Source: Saprospiraceae bacterium (GTDB lineage Bacteria; Bacteroidota; Bacteroidia; Chitinophagales; Saprospiraceae). From it: DNA of 64,000 nt. The position numbers were made by a program, and so were the translations under genes. Under the pieces are notes generated by a model. The model had not been told where the DNA came from. It ran no database searches and saw only the letters and a list, made by a program, of their open reading frames with translations. The stretch spans positions 6,846-70,845 of the forward strand of contig JADZFD010000078.1 in assembly GCA_020850225.1 (NCBI GenBank). The letters run 5' to 3'. This document shows positions 1 through 9,203 of this stretch, piece by piece (the first letter of the stretch is position 1; each line of letters opens with the position of its first letter).

Positions 1-602
1 TCCTTTTCTATCTCTTCAAAGGTCTTGCCTGTGTGGAATGCCATGATTTCATACAATTCTTTTCTTAACTGCTTGATGAGATTGTATGATATTTCCATAT
101 CTGTAAACTGCCCCTGCATTCCTCCGGAAGGTTGGTGAATCATTACTCTTGAATGCTGAAGACATGTTCTTTTTCCTTTGTTGCCTGCACATAGCAAAAC
201 TGCACCCATCGAAGCAGCCAATCCTGTACATATTGTTGCAACATCAGGTGTGACATACTGCATGGTATCATAAATCCCCATACCAGCGATTACTGATCCA
301 CCGGGACTGTTGATAAACATCTGTATATCCCGCTTAGGATCTGTAGATTCCAAAAACAAAAGCTGGGCCTGAGTTACATTGGCTACATAATCATTGACAG
401 GTACACCCATAAAAATAATTCTGTCCATCATCAATCTTGAAAAAACGTCCATTCCTACGATGTTCATCGGCCTCTCTTCGATAACCTGAGGTGTAAATCC
501 GGTTATGTCCGGTACTGACTGCTGCATGTATTTTTCTAAATGCATGCTACTCATGCCCATATGCTTTACTGCAAACTTTTTGAATTCATCCTGTGGATAC
601 AT
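1..602 (-). CDS. clpP: ATP-dependent Clp protease proteolytic subunit ClpP (C-terminus runs off the window edge)
   Basis: Own translation of the minus strand from the ATG at 600-602: MYPQDEFKK...DRIIFMG...FINSPGGSV...GLAASMGAVLL...VMIHQPSGG, carrying the ClpP Ser and His motifs. It is absent from the ORF track because no stop lies inside the window. The listed 49..231 ORF is out of frame. Confidence 0.9.
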   Translation of the reverse strand, partial: MYPQDEFKKFAVKHMGMSSMHLEKYMQQSVPDITGFTPQVIEERPMNIVGMDVFSRLMMDRIIFMGVPVNDYVANVTQAQLLFLESTDPKRDIQMFINSPGGSVIAGMGIYDTMQYVTPDVATICTGLAASMGAVLLCAGNKGKRTCLQHSRVMIHQPSGGMQGQFTDMEISYNLIKQLRKELYEIMAFHTGKTFEEIEK

Positions 603-677
603 ATATGATTATTAGATTATAGTTAGATAACAATAAAAATATCTATAGGTTTAATACCTTAACTAATATAACAATGC

Positions 678-2057
678 TTATTGTGAATTGTTAAGCCGGT
701 TATTTAACTCTTTAACTTTCTGATTAAAGTCATCATAAGATATATCAACCATGTTTTTCTGAACTGTTAAATCAATTCTATTGAATAATTTATCAGCAAG
801 TAACTCATCATACACTTTCTGAACCTGGTCCTTGTCCTCCATCAAACGATCAACTGTAGAGTCAATAAACCTACTATCCAAATTACCATATTTGTATAAA
901 TATGACACGACAGATTGTTGGAAATGTCCCCTGATTTCATGTTCTGAAACTTGAATTTCCATATCTTTTACCAATTGTCCCTTAATAAGTGTCCATTGCA
1001 TATTTTTTGCAAAAACATCAAATTCTTCATCTATCTGCTCAACAGATATATTATCATTGGATTCTTTCAGATATCTCTTCAGGAATGCTACCGGTAATTC
1101 AACCTGGTTATTCTCCAGGATTGCATCCATGATATCGCGATTCATGAAGTTCTGTGCCTGAATATCATAATGTCTCTTTATATCATCATGTACTGCCTTC
1201 CTAAAACTCTCTTCATCAGTTACAGCTTCATTATACAAATTATCAAAAAATTCCTGATTCATTTCTGCTGGAATAATTCTTGAAACCTCTGTTATTTCAG
1301 CTCTGAACATATCACTTGTTTCGATATTTTCAGCTTTTCTAAGCATATATTTATCAATGTGTTCACGAGACTTATCTTCCAATTTATATACATCTACATC
1401 CAATATATCCCCTACCTTTTTGGATAAAAATGTACTTTTAAGATCAGTATCAGGTATCAGATTAACCAAAATTGAAAATGAAGCAGCAAATCCATCATTC
1501 TTTATGGTATCACCATCCAGTTCTGATGCTTCCATTTTTACCATGTCGTCTTCAGTAATCCCATCTTCTATCAATTGTTGTTTACCATACTGTTTTCTTA
1601 TATTCAGTATCTCATCATTAACGATATTTTCCGGAATTTCAACATTATATAAATTATAAGTATCCGTCTCGCTTACGCCCGTGATTTCTATTTTTTTGAC
1701 AAGGCCAAGATCAAACTTGAAAGTATATTCTTTATTGAGATTATTAATATCGAGATCAATAATTGTATTCTCATCTTTATCAGGTAATGGCTGTCCGAGG
1801 TAATTCAATTTTTCGTTATCCAGATAATCAAATAATTCCTTTTGTATAGTCTCATTAATGATATCGGAAAAAACTGATTTACCATACATCTTTTTAAGCA
1901 TGGGAACAGGAGTCATGCCCTTTCTGAAACCTTTAATCTGCGCCTGACTTTTTAGTTTCTTTAACCGGGTTTCAAATTCATTGGCATAGTCAACCGGTTC
2001 AATTGTAAGCTCAATAGTAGTATTTAATGCATCAGCATCCTTTCTTACGATACGCAT
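678..2057 (-). CDS. tig: trigger factor
   Basis: 459 aa. The N-terminus (ELTIEPVDY...IKGFRKGMTPVPMLKKMYGKSV) is typical of the trigger factor ribosome-binding domain. It lies directly upstream of clpP, the classic tig-clpP order. Confidence 0.9.
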   Translation of the reverse strand: MRIVRKDADALNTTIELTIEPVDYANEFETRLKKLKSQAQIKGFRKGMTPVPMLKKMYGKSVFSDIINETIQKELFDYLDNEKLNYLGQPLPDKDENTIIDLDINNLNKEYTFKFDLGLVKKIEITGVSETDTYNLYNVEIPENIVNDEILNIRKQYGKQQLIEDGITEDDMVKMEASELDGDTIKNDGFAASFSILVNLIPDTDLKSTFLSKKVGDILDVDVYKLEDKSREHIDKYMLRKAENIETSDMFRAEITEVSRIIPAEMNQEFFDNLYNEAVTDEESFRKAVHDDIKRHYDIQAQNFMNRDIMDAILENNQVELPVAFLKRYLKESNDNISVEQIDEEFDVFAKNMQWTLIKGQLVKDMEIQVSEHEIRGHFQQSVVSYLYKYGNLDSRFIDSTVDRLMEDKDQVQKVYDELLADKLFNRIDLTVQKNMVDISYDDFNQKVKELNNRLNNSQ

Positions 2058-2144
2058 AAAAAAATTAAATAATTATTTAGGAAAATATTTTGAATCAATT
2101 TGATCAGATCAATTATTTGTAGCTTTGATTTCAAGATTTAAAAG

Positions 2145-2226
2145 TGCGGGTGGAGGGACTCGAACCCCCAAGCCTCGCGGCACCAGATCCTAAGTCTGGC
2201 GTGTCTACCAATTTCACCACACCCGC
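2145..2226 (-). tRNA. tRNA-Leu (anticodon UAG), long variable arm
   Basis: The reverse complement reads GCGGGTGTGGTGAAATTGGTAGACACGCCAGACTTAGGATCTGGTGCCGCGAGGCTTGGGGGTTCGAGTCCCTCCACCCGCA. It has a 7-bp acceptor stem, anticodon loop CT-TAG-GA, a T-loop GGTTCGAGTCC, and no encoded CCA. Confidence 0.9.
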
Positions 2227-2512
2227 ATTTCAAAGTACAATAAATAAAAAGTGGTGCAAAGATACAATTATCATATCTATATTACATAATATTTATTCTG
2301 TTTTTTTCTATATAATTTTTGTTGATTACCAGAAATAATTTACCTAACATTAGTAAAAATTAGTCAGGTAAATCATGTCACTATACTTAATTGTCACTAT
2401 TTCTCAATAAACTGGTGGAAATTACACCAAAATAAATTGAGAGTACGTTTTTTATCCAAATAATGCGTACAAATTGTTGGTTCATTGGCATTCATGCCAA
2501 ATATTTCTAAAA

Positions 2513-2542
2513 AAGGGGTTGACATAAACATGCCAACCCCTT
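2513..2542 (-). terminator. rho-independent terminator downstream of the OmpA-family gene
   Basis: AAGGGGTTG / CAACCCCTT 9-bp stem, followed on the minus strand by a T-run (plus-strand aaaaa at 2508-2512). Confidence 0.6.
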
Positions 2543-2569
2543 TATATTTACTACTTGAATTTATTTTAA

Positions 2570-4294
2570 TTAATATCCTGAGTTTTTATCTCCTTTAAAA
2601 CTTCCTGTACTTGAGCCGGAACCTGAACCACTCTTAGATGAGCCTGTATTTTTAAATTTGTCTGCACCATCCGGCTTGGTTAATTGTACATTTCCTTCTT
2701 CACCACAAACCTTGATTTCAACTCTACGGTTCATGTAACCTTCACCCTTATTGTTTTTAAAGGTTGGGCTTACATCCTGACCAAAACCTACTTTAATCCG
2801 GCTCCTGTCTATACCATATTTATTTACCAAATAGTCAGCTACATTTTCAGCTCTTGCATAGGAAAGTGCATCTTTATTTTTATTCTTATTGTTAACATCT
2901 GAATATCCGATAGCTGAAATACACAAATCAGGGCACATTTTCATTACTGTTGCAACATGGTGTAAGTGACCATAATATTCCGGTTTAACATTGGATTTAT
3001 CAGGATCAAAATGAACCATAGGTAAGAACCATTTGCCACAGTCAGATTTAGACATACTCCACTTGGCATCGATGGCTTTATTGACATCATCCATTGTAAT
3101 ACAACATTTAACATCTGCTTTACCATCTTTATCTACCAAATATCCCGGAGGAGAGAAAGGTTCTTTATCTTTATAATCAGGAATACCATCGCCATCACTA
3201 TCCAAAGCTACACCTTTGGTATCTACTTTTGCACCCATTGGTGTATCCGGCTCCTGATCCAGCATATCGATTACTCCGTCTCCATCTGAATCTGTCAAAT
3301 CAAACACAGGTCTTTGCTTAAGTTCAGCTATATCATTCATCTGGTACTTCAAAGGATTAAGCCAGTATAACGGTTCAGTAACTTTGTCAAAACTTCCAAG
3401 ATTTATGGCAAGTCTCAAATTGGTATAATGTGCAATATCGTTATTATTGGTCTGGTCATATGCAGTTCTGAATCTGATTCCATCCAGCATATCATTATCA
3501 GACAACATTACCTGATGCTCCAAACCGAGGTTGATTCTTTTGCTTAATTTTCTGGATACACCTACGGATGCAGTAAAGACAACGTGGATATTGGTCTCAT
3601 CACCCAATCTGAAAATACCCTTCTTCTCCCAACTTGGAGTTTCATATGTATTATCATATAAATTATCCAATTTCTTCTTTATTTCCTTACGGCCTGCTTT
3701 CGTATTGAAGTCATCTTTTATAGAACTTAGTCCACTGTATGGTTGATTGTTGTCTCCCAAAAGATTAAGTTTAGTACTGAAGTTGCTCAACCCTGCTCCT
3801 AAAGTTGTGTACCAATTCCACTTATTATTTTCTTTGTGAAACAAAATGTTACCGATATTCAGAACACCTTCCAAAGCTAAATAACCGTAAGATGTTTTAT
3901 AAGCCGGAAACCATCCATCCTGATTAGTATATGGTGCAAAAACATCTTCAACCAATCCACCACCTTTGGAAAAATGTGACCACATCTGAGGATCCAATCC
4001 GCGTGTTTGGCCATACATAAAATCTGCACGTACCGAAAAAGCATAATGTATAGCTTTACGAAGATGTAATCCTACACCATATCCGCCTGGTAAACGTGTA
4101 TCTACATCACCATCAATAAAAAAATGGCCACCATGCAAGCCTAATTCCCAGGCATTTTTGGGTTTTGGGGGAAAAACAGAACTCTCGGATTTTTTCTCAA
4201 CTTCACTTATGGGTTGTACTTCTGTTTCCTGAGCTGTACTCATATAAGAGACGAGCAAAAAAGAGAAACATAAAATTCTAACATTGAAATTCAT
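2570..4294 (-). CDS. OmpA-family outer membrane protein with thrombospondin type-3 (Ca-binding) repeats
   Basis: 574 aa with a signal peptide. It has DSDGDGVIDMLDQEPDTP and DSDGDGIPDYKDKEP TSP3-like repeats. The C-terminal OmpA-like domain ends ...NRRVEIKV, followed by a Gly/Ser-rich tail. Confidence 0.85.
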   Translation of the reverse strand: MNFNVRILCFSFLLVSYMSTAQETEVQPISEVEKKSESSVFPPKPKNAWELGLHGGHFFIDGDVDTRLPGGYGVGLHLRKAIHYAFSVRADFMYGQTRGLDPQMWSHFSKGGGLVEDVFAPYTNQDGWFPAYKTSYGYLALEGVLNIGNILFHKENNKWNWYTTLGAGLSNFSTKLNLLGDNNQPYSGLSSIKDDFNTKAGRKEIKKKLDNLYDNTYETPSWEKKGIFRLGDETNIHVVFTASVGVSRKLSKRINLGLEHQVMLSDNDMLDGIRFRTAYDQTNNNDIAHYTNLRLAINLGSFDKVTEPLYWLNPLKYQMNDIAELKQRPVFDLTDSDGDGVIDMLDQEPDTPMGAKVDTKGVALDSDGDGIPDYKDKEPFSPPGYLVDKDGKADVKCCITMDDVNKAIDAKWSMSKSDCGKWFLPMVHFDPDKSNVKPEYYGHLHHVATVMKMCPDLCISAIGYSDVNNKNKNKDALSYARAENVADYLVNKYGIDRSRIKVGFGQDVSPTFKNNKGEGYMNRRVEIKVCGEEGNVQLTKPDGADKFKNTGSSKSGSGSGSSTGSFKGDKNSGY

Positions 4295-4381
4295 AGGATT
4301 AAATTTAAAACTTGTTAATATGTTAAGATTTTTTCACGGTAAAGATAAATATAATATTTCAACAAAACATTTATTTTATAT

Positions 4382-5620
4382 TTAATTTTTTATTGCTTTG
4401 GCTATACTTCTCTGGCTTAAATTTAAATTTGATTTATTATCTATATATAATTCATTCATAAAACTATAAATTATATTTGAAACATCTTCAAAAATGGATT
4501 TATCATCTATCTGTATATTTTTTTTCATCAGATAGGCAAATACTCTCGCCATGCCACAATTTGCAACAAAATCCGGAATAAGAGCTATCTGCTGATCTAC
4601 CCAATTAGCCGTCTCACCAAAGAAAATTTTATCATCTGTAAAGGGCACATTGGCTCCGCAAGTGATCACTTTCAATCCATTTTGCATCATTCTTCTAACC
4701 TGATCCGATGTCACAAGTCTGGAAGCTGCGGCGGGAATAAATATATCACATGGTGTATCCCAAATAAGGTTGTTTGCTGATGCAAAATCCAATTTATCAC
4801 CTTCCAGTGTGTTACCAGTTTTGTTTACAAACAGATTGCTGACTACTTCAGTACTCATACCTTCAGGCTCTATCAATCCTCCATCCTTGTCAATGATACC
4901 CACTATTTTAGCTCCTGCTCCTGCCAGGTAATATCCGGCAGCAGCAGCGACATTGCCCCACCCCTGAATAATAATCTTTTTGTTTCTTACCTCTTCGTTA
5001 TGGAAGATAGCATAATAATGTTTAACAGCTGCAGCGACACCATATCCTGTAATCATATCGGCTACAGCATATTCTTTCTGACAATCCGGAACATAATTTG
5101 TATCCGTAACAATCTTTGAAACACCTGTCCTCAATTGATTGATGATCCGTATTTTTTCACCTTCATCCGGTTTGATATGTCCATTTACAACACCTTCCTG
5201 TGGATGCCAAAGGCCTAATTGTTCTGTAACTGGAATAACATCCTTTAATTCATCTATATTAAGATCACCGCCGGTACCGTAACATGTCTTGAGCAATGGC
5301 ATAACAGCTTTAAACCATCGTGCCAAAACCTCATCCTTTCTTGGATCATGCGGATCAAAATCTATCCCTGATTTTGCGCCGCCGATGGGTGGCCCACTGA
5401 TTCCAAATTTAATTTCCATAACTTTTGAGAGCGCAACTACTTCGTCTTTAGTCAAACCCTTTCTCATTCTCGTTCCTCCACCTGCAGCTCCATTCTTTAA
5501 TGAATTAATGACAATCCAACCTCTTGCTTCTGTCTCAGAATCATGCCATTCAAAAACTATTTCCGGCTCCTTAGAAGTATATGATTTTAGCAGATTATAA
5601 AAATCAGTTTGTTGCTCCAT
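4382..5620 (-). CDS. Glu/Leu/Phe/Val dehydrogenase family protein (amino-acid dehydrogenase)
   Basis: 412 aa. It has a GGGTRM...GPPIGGAKSGIDFDP catalytic-Lys region and a Rossmann GWGNVAAAAGYYL motif. Confidence 0.8.
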   Translation of the reverse strand: MEQQTDFYNLLKSYTSKEPEIVFEWHDSETEARGWIVINSLKNGAAGGGTRMRKGLTKDEVVALSKVMEIKFGISGPPIGGAKSGIDFDPHDPRKDEVLARWFKAVMPLLKTCYGTGGDLNIDELKDVIPVTEQLGLWHPQEGVVNGHIKPDEGEKIRIINQLRTGVSKIVTDTNYVPDCQKEYAVADMITGYGVAAAVKHYYAIFHNEEVRNKKIIIQGWGNVAAAAGYYLAGAGAKIVGIIDKDGGLIEPEGMSTEVVSNLFVNKTGNTLEGDKLDFASANNLIWDTPCDIFIPAAASRLVTSDQVRRMMQNGLKVITCGANVPFTDDKIFFGETANWVDQQIALIPDFVANCGMARVFAYLMKKNIQIDDKSIFEDVSNIIYSFMNELYIDNKSNLNLSQRSIAKAIKN

Positions 5621-5661
5621 ATCGAAAAAATAAATTTAATTTACTATTTATTAATAATTTA

Positions 5662-5669
5662 TATCTTTG
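5662..5669 (+). promoter_or_regulatory. Bacteroidota-type -7 box TATCTTTG
   Basis: Matches TAnnTTTG, with 22 nt to the ATG at 5692. This supports the shorter start for the downstream ORF. Confidence 0.45.
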
Positions 5670-5691
5670 TGAAAATTTTAATATAGAAGGT

Positions 5692-6696
5692 ATGTTCGAT
5701 AAATCCTTACATCTTATACCACATAACAATGAAGCTATTTCCTTCTTTAACTATACGCATAACCATAGCAATCCAGAATTTACCTTCAATCAAAAGGGAA
5801 TAGCATTTATAACTGATTCCAGTGATTTTTCTACTAATCTGCGCAAATGTATTGAAAAATTCAAAAATCATTTTAAAAATATTTCCATTTATGATGCAGG
5901 ATTAACAGATGACTGTAGTTTCAAAGACATTTCAACACTTATTCAACATCTAAACCAAAAACAGATAATACCTTTCATTATAGGTAATCATGTGGATTAT
6001 ACAGGTGACATTGCAGCTCACCTTGACAGCAACCTGTATCACATCTCCAATTCAATCAATAATATAACCGGAAACGCACAGTATGTAAAAAACAATTATA
6101 TTGCATATCAACGACATCTCTGTGATTTGGACGACGTATTAGAAATTGAAAGCGTACACGTTAATTCTATAAGTTTAGGTAAAATCAGATCTTATCCATA
6201 TCTGCCTGAACCTGTTTTACGCGATTGTCAGATGCTGCATATTCATCTAAGTGCCATCCGTTCTTCAGAATGTCCGGGACTAACAGATACATTACCTACT
6301 GGTTTAAATATCGAAGAATTGTGTCAACTAATGAAATATGCTGGTACTGCCAATAATTTAAAAAGTATATTTATTCATTCAGGGGATATACCTGCTGATA
6401 ATCCTGAAGCAGCCAATATTATAGCTGAGTCATTATGGTATTTTGCTGAAGGTATGAACTTACAACAGAATTTTGACCACCCATACAAAAATCCGGATTA
6501 TAGTCAGTTTATAGTTTCAAATGCATCTGATGCTGATGACTTGATTTTTATTAAAAACAATAGAACACATCGATGGTGGGTCAATAAATCCAACAATGAC
6601 CAACATGAATACCTTGCCTGTGCTTTCGAAGAATACGAATATGCTTTAAGCAACGGGGAAGCTAGTGATAGAATTTCTAAATTTTTAAGCGAATAA
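5692..6696 (+). CDS. hypothetical protein, possible degenerate arginase/formiminoglutamase-fold protein
   Basis: The ORF track gives 5581..6696. I prefer the ATG at 5692 (MFDKSLHL...) because the longer form overlaps the divergent dehydrogenase gene and the -7 box. IGNHVDYT and HLSAIRSSECPGLTDTLPTGLNIEEL resemble ureohydrolase motifs with the metal-binding Asp residues replaced. Confidence 0.5.
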   Translation: MFDKSLHLIPHNNEAISFFNYTHNHSNPEFTFNQKGIAFITDSSDFSTNLRKCIEKFKNHFKNISIYDAGLTDDCSFKDISTLIQHLNQKQIIPFIIGNHVDYTGDIAAHLDSNLYHISNSINNITGNAQYVKNNYIAYQRHLCDLDDVLEIESVHVNSISLGKIRSYPYLPEPVLRDCQMLHIHLSAIRSSECPGLTDTLPTGLNIEELCQLMKYAGTANNLKSIFIHSGDIPADNPEAANIIAESLWYFAEGMNLQQNFDHPYKNPDYSQFIVSNASDADDLIFIKNNRTHRWWVNKSNNDQHEYLACAFEEYEYALSNGEASDRISKFLSE

Positions 6697-6776
6697 TTTC
6701 CAATTATTATTTTTTAGGTTAAAAAACTACCATATTTCCACCCAAAATGCAACATTCCAGTTTTATCAGCAATATT

Positions 6777-6956
6777 TCACGAATACTTAAATAAATCGAA
6801 AGCTAAGGGCTGAAAGTTGATATGGGCACTATCCTCATCAAACTGCAATACCGGATCATTGCCCCAGTACCCCATAACCATCTGTGCATCGTATCGATAC
6901 TGTCCCTGCACTACTGTCACTAACAATAGGGCATGCAGGATATATACCCATCTCAT
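6777..6956 (-). pseudogene. truncated 59-codon N-terminal fragment, paralogous to the 6958..8466 gene
   Basis: Own translation: MRWVYILHALLLVTVVQGQYRYDAQMVMGYWGNDPVLQFDEDSAHINFQPLAFDLFKYS*. DNA at 6841-6890 matches 8339-8388 at 48/50 positions. Confidence 0.55.
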
Positions 6957-6957
6957 A

Positions 6958-8466
6958 TCAACGCAGTATGATTAGTTTTTTAAATATGGTCCTTTCCTTT
7001 CCGCTATGGTCTATCCGTACCCAATACACCCCTTCCGGCAGTCGTGATACGTCGGCTTCCCATACCGTATCCGGCCATTGTTCGGGGATAATGACTGTCC
7101 TTCCTGTCATATCTATTATGCTTACGCTACGTATCACGTGACTACTCCTGATCGTTACCCTGTTATCTGCCGGATTGGGATACAGGGTAGTGGCGACATC
7201 ATCCGAATATGGTGCGACGTGCTGATTTGTCGAGGTAACGACTTTGATATCGGGATCGCAGTACGGATAGCCTGTACCTAAGCGGTAGTTGGGAAAGTGC
7301 GGTACATAGCATATCGGTGTCTTCAGCGTAAAGAAATGCTGCCGAACATCACATGCCTTCCCGGGCTTGTCCGGCTCCATGATCACGTGCATGAAGGGTA
7401 CACAAAATCCGGGTGCCATATAGATGCGGCAATCAGGGCCTATCTGCATCGCACCGAAGTAGGCTGGCTGCCCCCATCTTGCTACCGTACCATCCCATAC
7501 CGCTATCGTATCCGCTACCAGCTCCTCTGCCTCAGCGTCTATCTGCATGAGGTAAGGGCCATTGCCGATATAGATATATCTACCGCTTGGCGAAAAACTA
7601 CCTCCAAGCGCAAATATATTTGCCTGTGATACCGGCAGATGCCGCTCATGTGAGAAAAGTCCTGTCTCCCGGTCAAAGTCCATCACCGACAAGCCACTAC
7701 GGTAATTGGAATAGCGGAAATACTTACTGCCATCAGGGCTGAATCCAGCATGATAATATTGCCCCCACTTCGGCCCAATGTCTTGGCTACCGGTAGGGAT
7801 TAATGCACCATCCCTGAGTAGTGTCGTGTATATCGTATTACTCCAATACTCATCGGGATTAATGATCCACCAATCCCGATTATTGGCGTGCCGTACTGCT
7901 GTAAAAGCACCAGGCTGCATTGTCGTATCGGGATGATACATTTGATTCTTCAGGATAACACGCCCTTTACCACTATTTGCCTTCATATCCACTATCGAAT
8001 ACCGGGGTATTCCATATAAGTTTACAGTATCCTTTATATAATAGTAATCCGAGGTGATATGTAACAACATAAAGAGACTGTCTTTATTATCTAAAGGAAG
8101 AATTAAACTTGACTGGTCACTACCTCCATATGCTGAAGTGCTATCACGGCAAAAGTTGTCATAATCCTTGCCCGGATTAAATCCCGTTCCATTCTCCATA
8201 ATCTCATGATCCGCATTCGACATGCTGCATCCGTTATAATAAAATAAGAGATTCCCCTCTTTATCCGATATATTGCTTGAAGACCCTACCATATCGAAAG
8301 CTAAAGATTGATATTCAATCTGCACACTGTCAGGCCTAAACTGTAATACCGGATCATTGCCCCAGTACCCCATGACCATCTGTGCATCATGTCTATACTG
8401 CGCCAGTATTTCTACTCCCGATATACATATCAGCATGACCGGAAGGATATAGTATATATGTCTCAT
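6958..8466 (-). CDS. secreted protein with T9SS type A C-terminal sorting domain (propeller-like body, FSPDGSKY / FSPSGRYIY motifs)
   Basis: 502 aa with a signal peptide. The C-terminus (LYPNPADNRVTIRSS...GVYWVRIDHSGKERTIFKKLIILR) is typical of a type A CTD. Confidence 0.8.
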   Translation of the reverse strand: MRHIYYILPVMLICISGVEILAQYRHDAQMVMGYWGNDPVLQFRPDSVQIEYQSLAFDMVGSSSNISDKEGNLLFYYNGCSMSNADHEIMENGTGFNPGKDYDNFCRDSTSAYGGSDQSSLILPLDNKDSLFMLLHITSDYYYIKDTVNLYGIPRYSIVDMKANSGKGRVILKNQMYHPDTTMQPGAFTAVRHANNRDWWIINPDEYWSNTIYTTLLRDGALIPTGSQDIGPKWGQYYHAGFSPDGSKYFRYSNYRSGLSVMDFDRETGLFSHERHLPVSQANIFALGGSFSPSGRYIYIGNGPYLMQIDAEAEELVADTIAVWDGTVARWGQPAYFGAMQIGPDCRIYMAPGFCVPFMHVIMEPDKPGKACDVRQHFFTLKTPICYVPHFPNYRLGTGYPYCDPDIKVVTSTNQHVAPYSDDVATTLYPNPADNRVTIRSSHVIRSVSIIDMTGRTVIIPEQWPDTVWEADVSRLPEGVYWVRIDHSGKERTIFKKLIILR

Positions 8467-8467
8467 C

Positions 8468-8872
8468 TTAACGCAATTTGATTAATTTCTTTATCGCTGT
8501 ATGGTACTGCTCACCATAGACCACCCGCACCATATAGATGCCCGGTAGTAGCTTACTGATATCCATTTCTACCTCTGCTACGCCACTCGCTTGCTGTTCT
8601 TTGACTATACTCCCCGATACATCCATCAACTGTACTTCCGTGATCTCTGTCCCTGTGATCCGTATCCTGTCCGTTGCCGGATTGGGCATGACGGATACCT
8701 CCCTATCACTATGTATAGCCCGTGTGCGATAAGCTGTCGGCTGGCACAGTGCGTGGTCGTCATAGCTTTGCTCACAGCTGATACCCAACTCTATAAATCT
8801 CCACCCATTATTCTGTCCATAAATCAAATGGATTTGTACAAAAAACACAAGTATTAATATGAATCGTTTCAT
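8468..8872 (-). CDS. small T9SS type A CTD protein (signal peptide, ~40 aa, then CTD)
   Basis: 134 aa. VMPNPATDRIRITG...PGIYMVRVVYGEQYHTAIKKLIKLR is a CTD. Its stop lies 1 nt from the start codon of the next gene. Confidence 0.7.
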   Translation of the reverse strand: MKRFILILVFFVQIHLIYGQNNGWRFIELGISCEQSYDDHALCQPTAYRTRAIHSDREVSVMPNPATDRIRITGTEITEVQLMDVSGSIVKEQQASGVAEVEMDISKLLPGIYMVRVVYGEQYHTAIKKLIKLR

Positions 8873-9203
8873 AATACAATCAGATTTTAAAATATAGATT
8901 ATATTATTACAAAGTTAATACAATTATTCTAAGCTTGTATAAATTTAAAATACATATTGTTTATATGCATATTATTTACCAACTCTATATTACATAAAAA
9001 AGGAATACATTATTCTTACCTATTTCCGATTTGGCGAAGTACTTTTAGATAAGACCATTCATGAAAATATGAAATCATCATTCAATTAATATTCATACGT
9101 ATTTATTGGATTACCTACCCGGATATGTAATTTGGATCAGAATTTTAGAAAAATCAATACAACTTTATTGTATCATCTCCACCATCATCAATGAAAACAA
9201 GAT

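Noticed and set aside
49-231. 60-aa minus-strand ORF at the left edge
   Set aside because: It is out of frame with the clear ClpP reading frame that spans 1..602 on the same strand. It is a shadow ORF.
2144-2338. 64-aa plus-strand ORF
   Set aside because: Its first ~85 nt are the antisense of tRNA-Leu and the rest is AT-rich intergenic sequence. It is not a gene.
5581-5691. N-terminal extensions of ORF-track ORFs. This one is 5581-5691. Others are 12031-12105, 18978-19145, 25037-25072, 30227-30295, 34203-34253, 40065-40109, 55441-55467 and 56902-56931.
   Set aside because: The extensions overlap neighbouring genes or predicted -7 boxes and have no signal-peptide or conserved character. The downstream ATGs give canonical N-termini.
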